Shown: piece by piece, positions 25,250 to 35,665 of the stretch | Layout: each line of letters starts with the position of its first letter | How positions within the stretch are numbered: the first letter of the stretch is position 1 | NCBI RefSeq assembly: GCF_025526975.1 | Contig: NW_026515675.1 | Coordinates: 868,001 to 932,000 of the forward strand | From: Fimicolochytrium jonesii | Taxonomy: Eukaryota | DNA length: 64,000 nucleotides | Direction of reading: 5' to 3' | The notes under the pieces: model-generated | Told to the model about the DNA's origin: nothing | Seen by the model: the letters and a program-made list of their open reading frames with translations, nothing else | The model's database searches: none | Made by a program: the position numbers and the translations under genes

Positions 25250-28200
25250 TCAGTGTCCTTTCAGAACGACGGCGATCTTCTCCTTTGCGTACGGTCGACT
25301 GGGGAGATATGATCCAGCCATCGAAACGACAAAGGACAGGACGACAACCACGATGTACAGCGGCACCGGGAACATGAACTCGAAAGGGAGACTTGTGAAC
25401 AGATTGAATTGCAGCGCAACGGCAAGCGCTACCAAAATGCCTGAAAGAAGGACAGATGTGTGAGTACATATGAGAACAGTGGAAGCCAGAGACTATTCGT
25501 TCGGTACCTGTTGAAGTTCCCAAAATCACACACGAAGCGATGATGGAAAATGCTTCGTACAGATACACTCTTTGTACAGCGCTGACCTAGAAATAGTGAC
25601 CGTTAGGCCTATTCAGAGATAAACGACATATAGGTCATTTTCCAAGTACCGGAAAGCCAAGTGCTCGAAGCACACCGAACTCCCAAGAATTCTCTCTTAT
25701 GTTCGCAGTGAAGGATAGCCACAGCACAAAGAAGCAGAAGATGAGCCCTACCACCGCAACTAGATTGCGAGATGTCGATGTTAACAATGTGCGACAACCC
25801 ACGGATCTCAAGGAGCCTGCGAGATATCCTGCACTCACCAATGTAGAAAAGATACGTGATGTATTTTGCAGATTCCGTAGCCGCTTTCACTTTGTCCCGT
25901 AGAATGTCTACTGTTATCTTGTCGTTGTTCAGCACGCTCGTCAGATCATTGACGAGAGCCAAAAGCTGTCGGTCTGTGGTGCCCTCGCGGAACTTGATTA
26001 GCATCTTTCTTTTTGGTATGGTGGTATCGTTCCGCGTTGCAGCGGGTTGGACGCTGCGAATATCCGTCATCAATGACTGAAAAGCAGTCATGGACACGAG
26101 CACTGGAGCTGTACCCGTAGCCAGTGATGAGGGAAATGTGGGAAACTTGTTGAGAATGGCGATGGGTTTGCACAGATATTTGTGTTCAACCCCATTCTGT
26201 CCGTCTCCAGTTGGAGAGAAGTTCAGCAACATTTGCAACAAGGAGGTCACGTCTGTGAATAAGAGTCCTTGGAGCTTCTGAGACATGAGAATCGGAAGTG
26301 CTGTCTCGTATGCCGCCTTCTGGTCCGTGTTTGGCGGCTTCACCCAGTAGTTCGTCGACACGTTTATGTAGGGCGGTAATAACGATGCCATGCTTGGCGG
26401 TACATCCGCATAGGGTGTGGGATCCACGTGAGAAGACAATCCCTGCACCACGTTCGGCGTTGCGCAATCTCCGGCCATGCAATCCACGGCTTGTGGTACG
26501 TCAGCGCTGCCGACGACGAAGTACCGGAGATACGTCGACGACAGGAAGTTGGTCTCCAAACCGTAGACCTCTATCTTCTGGTCGTTCAGTGATGCCAGTG
26601 ACCGCATGTTGAGGTAGTTGACCGCCCAATATGTGCTGAGCCCGAACTGTTAAGAAAGAGAGTAAGTAAGGAGATGCTCATTTACAACAGAAGATGTACA
26701 CACTTACAGTCATGAAAGTGTATCCATCCACAACCTGCGCAACATCTCGATCAGTCAAGCTCTGGTTTGTGAGGTAGTTTCTCAAAGTCTCTTCCGGGAG
26801 AGCGTTGTCCCAGTCAGGCGCCGTCAGCACCACATCCGCTCCAAGTTGCCATTCAACGAGTTCTCGCAATGAGTTCGCTTGCAGATTGAACATCGTGGAT
26901 GCAAACACGACATAGGCAAGACAGAGCGTGAAGATCGACGCTGTTTTGCTGTTCCGGCGGATGTGGGCGGCGAGATTCTTGCATACGATGTGTACTAACG
27001 GTGCGTCAAATGGGCGGACCACAATGTTGGCGATGGCAATCTCGAGCCAATGCTGCAATACTTGTCCAAGGAGGATCGTTCCGAGGAGCATACCTATCGT
27101 GCAAGCATGATGTTAGCGGCGGCACTCCCCAGTTGCATTTAAGTTTAACTCACCGAGAAGGATCAAGGTCATGATGCTGAAGAAAAGTTTGAGATCGTTG
27201 AACACAAAGCTCAGAGGAACGATATAGTACACTAAGAATCCAACTCCCACGAGAATGAATGCGATTATCATTTCCGTGGCGGATAGTCCCATTTTCTCCA
27301 GCTTGTCCACGCGGACGAGCGTCTCATTGCTGGATATGTGGAAGACGTCCAAGGCATCGCGCAAAGTCTTCCCTAACGCCCGTCGTGTTGGGATGATCGT
27401 ACCGAGGATGGGCAGTACGACGCCCGAGCATACACCAAGTGCGATGGCGGCCGGGCTCATGGATGCGTCCATATCCGAATTGGAAAATTGGGCCAGAAAG
27501 TACGCAACAGGTATGAAGCCCAGGTAGCTGAAGAGGAGGCCGCACAGAATCCCGGGGATGGAGAACCACGTAACCTTTCAACAAATCAACATAAAGGACG
27601 GTGAAGGGAGACACAGTGAACGAATCACTGTACCTGGAAGAAGAGCAGATTGATGAGGGAGAGCTGCCGCATCCCCAAAGTCCGCAGCATGCCGTACTCA
27701 AACGTTTTCTCTTCGACATCGGCTAAAAGCAGGGAGAATATAAGCAGCGCTGCGAGGGCCAAAAGGACGATCATGACGGTAATGAGCGCCTAGTGAAAGC
27801 CGATTATATGATTGCTTTATAATGATCGAGATTCGGGCTCACGTCCATACCTGCCCGAGGAAGATTTGCATGAACGAAGTAGCTTCCAGAGCCGTCAACA
27901 AGACTGCTGTAAAGTCCACAGACGTCTCCAGGCCAATGTATGTTGCCACCTCGTTCGAAAAGCGGACAATTTCAGACCGTCTGGGCTTATCGTCTTTCGA
28001 ATAAATTGCCATGCGGTCCTTCATGACGGCAATGATCGTAGTGGCATATTCCTACTTGACCTCAGATTTAGCTTGCGGAGTTCTAGAAGTAGAAAATGCT
28101 GATTGAAACTTACCATAATATCGATTGATGTGTTCTGACGGATAAGGCCTTGTGCGGCTACCGCTGTAAATAGGCTGGCAGCGGCTTGACTATCTGGGTT

Positions 28201-29681
28201 TCCGGAGCTCGTGCCGGACACAAATCGATCGACCATCGTTTGCGCCGCTTCTCTCCCCATTATGGCTACATTCCCGAGAGAATCTGGATACTTTCCGTAC
28301 GTCGAGTCTATTGCGTCAACAACTAGGGAATGCACTGTCGGTCACTCGAAGCTCCGACGATATCATTTAGCCGAAACAAACGCCTACCGACAAACTCTTG
28401 TGAATAGTTGGTCAACGCTGCCGAAACCGCAGCCCACGCGTTTTCCGATGTAACGTTGATGTTACCGTTTGCGTCTGCTCGCAGAGAATGTAAGCGCACA
28501 CCTCCAGATAATGCGTTTGAGCAGCTGTCGCTTGCCTGTTGTAAAGGCCGCATTGGCTGCGTTTCTTTGAGCGGGAGGCAGAGCAGAAAGCGTTCGGTTG
28601 GAGATCAAAACACCCCCGGCCGGAATGATGCCACTAAGTGGTGAGTTGTTGCTACTGCTCGAGGTGCCGTCAGATGACGTTGTGTTGTCTGCATTCGTGC
28701 CCGTTGGACTTCCTTGACTGAGTGACTGAAGGCAGGGTGAGAGACTTCAAAGAACAGGCCTGGAAACATGAGGAAATGTACCTGTAAGACGTCTGCAAGC
28801 GATATTGATAATGTCAGCCTTTCGCCGGCATTGGGCTCTATCTTCATTTTTGCTAAGAGGCCGGATGATACCGATATCTCCCCATCTTTCAGCTCCCTAT
28901 ATGGCCACGCTGCCGCAAGATCTATCCTCTATTGGTCAGAAGTGTTAGGTAGAAGATCGATATACCGAGCGCATGCATGAAAGCAATGCATCATCTTACG
29001 CTCTCCCATTTCGAATCCATCGCCATCATGTACACGGGCGCCTCTGCATACCCTGCCTTGCGAGCTTTGGCGGGTAAGATCCACCGCGGGGCTACGCCCG
29101 TCACTCTCGGAGCAGTTGATACAGAAGTATTTATGCTGGTAAAGTTGAGAAGCAGCCGTGCAGATCCAGCCGCTGGCGTCAAAAGCTTATCCGACTGGCG
29201 TAAGTCCTGATGTCCATTCCTGTCCCTGCTCCAAGCCCTTTCAGCTTACCAGATCCCATTGCCCAACCTGTGTAGGCAATCTTATAAGCTCACTGCCCGA
29301 AGCTGGATTTCTACTGAGAGCATGAGACGTACCGAATCTTCCGAAAATTTGATGAAAATGACGGATGCTCGATCTATCAAGTTTTGAATGAAGCTAAGGA
29401 TATGAACGTTCAGTTTCAAAGCTCTGACTGTTCCTTATCACCGAAGGCAATGACTGATTCCCTGCATCATACTGATGAAAAGAAAAGAAAGACCACTGTT
29501 ACATGTACTACCTCAGGAAGGCTACGGTGAGAAAAACGGTCAACCAGCCAATGGAAAAGGAACGCTTGTTGCGGGCGATTTCCTTCAGCACATATTCAGC
29601 GCCGATTCTGAAGTTCCCCCATGCCTTTCTTGGCGTTTTGGGTTTTCCGGCGGCATGGGCATTGCCAGCCTTGGAGCCCAT
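25250..29681 (-). CDS. Large multi-pass membrane protein with two FtsX/ABC3-permease domains (MacB/LolCE-like topology), ~14-16 exons
   Basis: Start MGSKAG...YVLKEIARNKRSFSIGWLTVFLTV (TM1). FtsX1: LLIYSLLLADVEEKTFEYGMLRTLGM...PTRRALGKTLRDALD. Second half: KNLAAHIRRNSKTA...GADV. FtsX2: FTANIRENSWEFGVLRALGF...YLYEAF...GSYLP. Confidence 0.85.
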
Positions 29682-30368
29682 CGTGTCAAACACTGTCCGG
29701 TGTTCTGGACCTCTTTTTCGTAGTCCGAATGCGAAACTCCATGTCCAGACCCAGATCAGGCCTTACACGCGTCAACCGCTCCGACGCGTGCTGCCTGCAT
29801 CTAGCAGAGCCAAAAGGAGCAAACCACATCGAGCATGTGAGCAATGCAGGACAACCATTGCTTCAAACGTCAGGGAAAAACACAGGAGCTTCATGTGGTT
29901 ATCAATTTCTTTCTCCGCGCGCTTATTCCCAGTCAGCAGTCGCTACTTCACGTGGGAGGTGAAGTATCGAGGGGTGTGAGGGTAGAAAGCTCAAGTAAAC
30001 TACCGTTATCATTATGGCCCTGTTGCGGTCCGACATATTCGGAATTACAGCGTCGTCAATGATGATGGGTGCACCACTTTGCCATTGTATTTGGAGTGTT
30101 ATAGGTTCTACTCTCTGTGGGTGTCCTAAAATACTGATCCGAAGTGCCGCATGGGTCCGAAAAAAATCGACAGCGCGGCCAAATTTCTCTTACGTCACTC
30201 CGATAGCCTCCGATCGTTACTAACGGCGGTCAATCTAGGCGAAAACCCCTTATGCCGTCGGGGTTGATGAGGGCATGAAAAGCACTTCAAAGTTCAAACA
30301 GATGAACATTTCATTTGACTTCCTGACTGGCCTTTGACGGGAATCTACTTGAGTCGTTAGCTAAAGGC

Positions 30369-31808
30369 ATGGCACCGCAAAAGCCTCGCTCCCCAATTTC
30401 CTTTCGCCGGGCTCGACCCGATGCCAGCAATACCGATTCACATCCGTCGGGTTCGATACCACCCTATTTGATGCAGCAGCCCCAATTCGGAACCAACCCG
30501 CAGTTCTCTCAAAGTCCGCAGTATTCGGCAGGCCCTTTAGCTGCACAACCACAGCAGTATGCAATGACAGGTGTGCCGCCGCAGATGCAGCATATGTACG
30601 CTCAAGCGCCTCAGCAGTTTGGGGGGCAACATCAAAGCTATATGCAGCACCCGCAGCAGCAGCAGCAGCGCAGTCCGTCATCATCAATGCTACCGCAGCA
30701 TGGACATCATGGCGTTGTACAATCGTATTCTCAACAGCATCGTCAACAGCAAGCTTTCCAACAGCAGCAGCAACAACAACAACTCTTTATGGAGCAGCAA
30801 CAACGAATGATGATGCAAATGCACATTCAACAGCAACAGCAGCTGCAACAGCAACATCAGCCGCAGAGCGCACCAGGTGGCGGTGCACCCGTGTGGTTCC
30901 AGCAGCTGCAACATCCCATGCCGATGCAAGCGGGACAAACACCGCAAATGCCACCGCATTCGTTCCCAGCAGGGGCGAATGTGGGGTATGACGGTTCACC
31001 ACAATCATCACCGCGCAAAGCCGCTGCGAAAGTACAATCCCGGCGCCAAATGCTCTCTACAATCCCTGAACCGGCGGCGGCACCGCCACAACCACCATAT
31101 TCTCAAATGCACCCGGGATATCCGCCAGCTTCCTTCTCGCAACCCATGCACTCCCAGATACCCATTCCTTACCAGCAGTCACAAGCACAGTCAGCATTAT
31201 CGCAGCAATTTCCGGCATCAATATCAACACAGCAGCCCCATACCCGCTCCCATTCCCAACCTCTACCGGCTCGCACAAAACGGCGTGATCCTACCTCCGC
31301 CGCCGCCCCATCCACTCGCCCCGACATTCTCTCCAAAGCGTACACCCTAACACCCAAACCCGAGCAGAAAGCTCCCATGACGACGGAAGAGCGGTATGCG
31401 ACGTACCGCGCCGGCCCAGGATCAGAGGATCGAGGAAAAGTCGACTATACGCCGTACTCGCTGAATGATTGGGAGAATTTGAAGAAGAGGGATAGCGAGA
31501 TGAAGATGCCAAGGGGGACGGGGCCGCGGAGGGAGGATGAGGACTTCAAGAAGGCTGTGAGTTGTGGATACGTCTTAGCGAAGCACGGATTTCAATGTTC
31601 CATGTCTGATCATTTTCATATTGATGAGCAGCAATCCAAGATGTATCGAAGACTGGAATATGGAGAAAAGGTCGGTGATCGCATTTATTGCTCGACCCAC
31701 TAGTTTCATGCCATTGATCTCATCGGATCTTACACATAGATTCATCAACTGCGAGAAGAGGCGATAAGCGGGAGTACGACCTCATCCTGGACCAGATACT
31801 CCTCCTAG
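30369..31808 (+). CDS. Gln/Pro-rich protein with a C-terminal segment resembling the ciliary Jhy domain
   Basis: A long polyQ/low-complexity exon, then DYTPYSLNDWENLKKRDSEMKMPRGTGP...FKKA/QSKMYRRLEYGEK/IHQ. This resembles the Jhy pattern Y.PY.L.DY...LG.LGP...K..R..EY...V. The gene model is well supported; the family call is tentative. Confidence 0.55.
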
Positions 31809-32764
31809 CCGTTTCACCGATTTCACCATGTGAGCGGACATCAACCCGTGTATGTCCAAAGTTTGTAATTCTAATTGCTATATGACTATTCGTACTCTAA
31901 TGAAAAGTGTACGCCGCTCGTCTTCTGAATCCGCGGTGCAGCGGAGATCTTCGTACTCTTACTCCTGTTCCGCCATTGTCCGTCCCCTCAATAGAATCTG
32001 CCTTCCATATTTTCTCTGAACTCCGTCCTCTCCGCATCCTTCATGTATGCCGATGCCTCATTGAAGTCCATTCTCATCCTATCCTCCGTCACTTGTATCC
32101 TCCATCTTCTCCTCGTCCTCCACATACTTCCTAGTCTGCCAAAGACCGATTCCTGCATTGGAATCATCGATGTTGGATGGCATTTGGCGACGTCGAACGT
32201 CCTGATCGAACCTCCGTTTACGTTACTGAAATGGAAGAGACAGAGCAGGTAAGCCAGAAGTCTCACATTTCAGTCCATCTCCGTTCGTGTTGCCGGAAGA
32301 CGTCCGTTTCGACGTTTCGGCGAAGCGGCACCGGGTTGCAACCAGCAGAAAGTCGCTCTCGCCGTCGGCCTTAATGAAAGAGCGATCCGGGCATGCCTCC
32401 GCCGTCAAACTCAACGTCCTGCCCACTTCCCCCTTGGGGAAAACGTTATGCGGTCCGAAGCCATGATGTGGAGTGCATCTTCATATCTTCATTTGGTGGA
32501 GGAGGACAGTGGAGAGGATATTGCAGCTCTCTATGCATGTACATATGTAGGCTCTGGCGGCCGAATACTAGTTTTCACGCGTTCTGAGTCGCCTGGCCGC
32601 TCGTCCCGAGCCAACGCGTTACTCCTCGACGAAATGGACATGCAGGCCAACCCAACATATTGTCGGGAGTGCTCGAGATCGATAGCCGCCAATATTCATA
32701 TAGACCATTGCTTTCGCGCTCATTTGTATCTCCCCTTTCACAAATCCCAATCCTGAGAACCAAA

Positions 32765-33820
32765 ATGCACAAAATAGCAGCCCTCTTCGCTCTGTCATCA
32801 ATCCTGGCAATATGCGTGCAAGCTATCCCCACGCTTTACGACATCGAATGCAATCCTGCCAAGGTTGAATTGGGTAGCTCCGTCAACATCACATGGAAGT
32901 TGCGAGAAGACAAATCGAAGCCTTCCCGAGGTGTCTTCTCATGGCAGATCTATGCGCAGAACGCGGTCACCAAAGCATTCAAAGATGAAAGTGGGATCCC
33001 AGTGAATGGGCCTCAGAGCACCAACTTGCTGACCGACGGCGTCATTACGGGCGATCTGAACTGGTATCAATACGGGCCACATGGGCTGGTCAATTACACG
33101 AATCAGAAACTGTGGTGAGATGCCCGTCGTTTTGAGGCGCCTGATCAAGTTGGCGCTGGATATGCTGAATCGCTTTGATAAACAGCCTTTCCACGAGCTT
33201 GCCGTATGGGAAGGACGTTGATGGTCTCGGAAATCCGGAGGGATACAGCGAGCAAACGTTTTGCCCCCTCGACTGTCGAGTAAAGCGACCGTCGCGAAAC
33301 TACACGTACTTTACAAAGCTGGACTTCACTCCAAAGCGTGTGCACGTAGGAGATTCTCTCAAAATCACCTGGAAGTACAAGAAAGGATTCAACTTCCCCG
33401 ACAATGGTATGTATCCATGTGCCTTAGCCATATACCTTCCATCGAATCACGCTGATATGTGAGGGTCTAGTACTGCTCTCAATATTCTTCTACTCGGAGT
33501 ACTTTGAGGAGCTGCCACAGTATGTCATCAACAATGTCGACGCAAAGAAGGGCGTTTACAATCTGAGAGTGGGTCAAGCGCTTCGAAGTTTCGTCACCAA
33601 AAACGCAGCCATTGTAAAGGGAAAGTTCCCCTATCGACTGTACATGCAGTTAACGTTTCCGCCGCAAACCAACGTGCTGGGTAACGTCGCCGCACCGGGC
33701 AATCTGACGATCTTGGGTCGTCAACCGTGCGCAAAGAATCAAAGCGGTTGCCGAAAGCGGACAAATCGATTCACAAGACTGGCAGATATTGCAAACGATG
33801 CAATGTTCGAGTCAGAATGA
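32765..33820 (+). CDS. Secreted protein with two Ig-like/Kre9-N-like modules, function unknown
   Basis: Signal peptide MHKIAALFALSSILAICVQA. Repeated module starts PAKVELGSSVNITWK and PKRVHVGDSLKITWK. Introns ~33115-33181 and 33407-33470. Confidence 0.65.
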
Positions 33821-34084
33821 TAGATTTGTGGGTTACTGGGAAACAATCCCACTTGTACACACTGTAGAGCCGTGGAAAACTTGACTGCCTCCATATTCGT
33901 ATAACGTCCGCACAATGGTATACCCGATACACGCCCACTCAAGAAAACCGCTTGCCAACTCGCCGTCCAGAAGCTGGTTCTCCCAGACCATGTTGTCCGC
34001 ATCACAGATGAACCAGCTGCCAAAGGTCAAGCGGGTCATGAGGAAGAAGCCCAAGGAAGAGTCGAAAACCCATTCTGGAAAGCC

Positions 34085-34101
34085 ACGCGTTGGCGACGCG
34101 T
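34085..34101. promoter_or_regulatory. Tandem MCB-like elements (ACGCGT x2) ~105-120 bp upstream of RTT109
   Basis: The sequence ACGCGT-tggcg-ACGCGT occupies 34085-34090 and 34096-34101. Confidence 0.55.
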
Positions 34102-34204
34102 CAAAATGCCTTGTCCGGCAGAAGACTCATCATGTGTCGGAAGAGTCGACGTTCTGTAACTTTCGGCAATCTTTCCGTCGACATCCAAACCTTGATAATC
34201 AAGA

Positions 34205-35626
34205 ATGAACGACCTCTGCAAGGCCATCTCAGGCTACCTCCCGAAAGGGACCTACACGCACTCCTATCACGTTCACGCCGCAACTTCACCGGTCGTCCCC
34301 GACGCCAGTCTCTTTCCCACCGACCCAACCATCCAAGTTGATCGCACAGACCGTCTTATCTCTTTATCTGCAGTACGCAGCACGACTCCTGCTACTCCCC
34401 AAACACAGGATGCGCAACAGCAGGATGAAGTCTTCATTTTCTCCATGTCCGTCTCGGAGTATACGATAACCCCCACAAAGGACGCCCGCCCGGCCGTTGA
34501 GCACTACATCTATATCGAAAAAGTAGACACCTCTGGGGCGATGGACAGGGACGCACAGCCCAAAGTCTCCAGCTCCCGCGCAGTCGTCCTCGGCTACCTC
34601 GAATATATCCTGCACGCCTTGGGCATATCAGCCACGGTATCGATACATGTGTTTGCGCGGCCCCAACCCGAATACCTGTTCAATCGGTCCGACTCGAATC
34701 CTGGCAAGACACAGCTTTCTGATCTGGGGCTGCTCAAATGGTGGATGAAGACGTTGAGCCTTCTCAAGGTCGACTCGGCGTCAAGCAGGATGGTGAGCGG
34801 ACACTTGTATGTCCCTGGTGAATCCACAAGGACCCTCAATGAGGTCTTTAAATTAGGCGATTCATCCCCGACGGTGGTGTGGTCATGGTTTTTACCCTAC
34901 CACGATGACGCTCTGGCGTTGCAAGTTGTGCCGAGGTTTCCAGATGACGCGCGGACGAAAGTGTTGACGGAGCATGCGGATGAGACGACGACCGTGGCGG
35001 AGATGAAGGAGATGCTGCCGTTGACTGGGGAATGTAATGGGCGCCGTTCGGGATTCTTTACTGTTACCATCGAGAGTGCTGAGGCGGGCGGCAGGAGCAG
35101 CGGTGCGGAGCCACCCATGCTTCTCCCAACAACAAAATCGAGAGCGGAGTTTGAGCGGCTGCTGGAAAGCAATGCTGGGCTGTCGTTTGACGATGTGGCG
35201 GCTGCGCGGGAGTCCTCTGCAACTATGTTGCAAAACCTACGTCGTGTCCGAGCGGCGAGTGGCACTTTGGCGCCATCAAACGAGAGCATGGCCGCGCCCC
35301 CGGAAAACAAAAGGACGGTGGTGCCGGTCAACAACATTCAAGGGCTTATAAAGTCAAAGACTGGCAGCATCCAAGGCTTGGTGAAGAGGAAGGTGACACC
35401 TGTTCAGAGTCCCGCCACGCCCGCGATGCAGGAAAAGGGGAAAGTGAATCCAGTCGGCAAAGCGATCGTAGACAGTCAGTCGAAAACGAAAGCGAGTTTC
35501 GGAACGGGGTCTGCTCAAGATTGTCCTGTCTCTAAACGGCCGATCGCAGAAGACAATGAGCCACCAGCAAGTAAACGGCCACGCGGCAGCGAAACTGCCA
35601 GTAAAGCGGATTCCGCCGGACGATGA
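34205..35626 (+). CDS. RTT109: Histone H3K56 acetyltransferase Rtt109 (intronless)
   Basis: YIYIEKVDTSG, IHVFARPQPEYLF..S..NPGK..LSD..LLKWW.KTL and VPRFPDDARTK are the diagnostic Rtt109 motifs. Confidence 0.93.
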   Translation: MNDLCKAISGYLPKGTYTHSYHVHAATSPVVPDASLFPTDPTIQVDRTDRLISLSAVRSTTPATPQTQDAQQQDEVFIFSMSVSEYTITPTKDARPAVEHYIYIEKVDTSGAMDRDAQPKVSSSRAVVLGYLEYILHALGISATVSIHVFARPQPEYLFNRSDSNPGKTQLSDLGLLKWWMKTLSLLKVDSASSRMVSGHLYVPGESTRTLNEVFKLGDSSPTVVWSWFLPYHDDALALQVVPRFPDDARTKVLTEHADETTTVAEMKEMLPLTGECNGRRSGFFTVTIESAEAGGRSSGAEPPMLLPTTKSRAEFERLLESNAGLSFDDVAAARESSATMLQNLRRVRAASGTLAPSNESMAAPPENKRTVVPVNNIQGLIKSKTGSIQGLVKRKVTPVQSPATPAMQEKGKVNPVGKAIVDSQSKTKASFGTGSAQDCPVSKRPIAEDNEPPASKRPRGSETASKADSAGR

Positions 35627-35665
35627 ACGAGAGCTCTCTACGCAGATATATTCAGCGGAAGGATA

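Noticed and set aside
30059..30137. C/D-box snoRNA candidate (ATGATGA...CTGA)
   Set aside because: There is no convincing terminal stem and no recognisable rRNA-complementary guide. The boxes are short enough to occur by chance.
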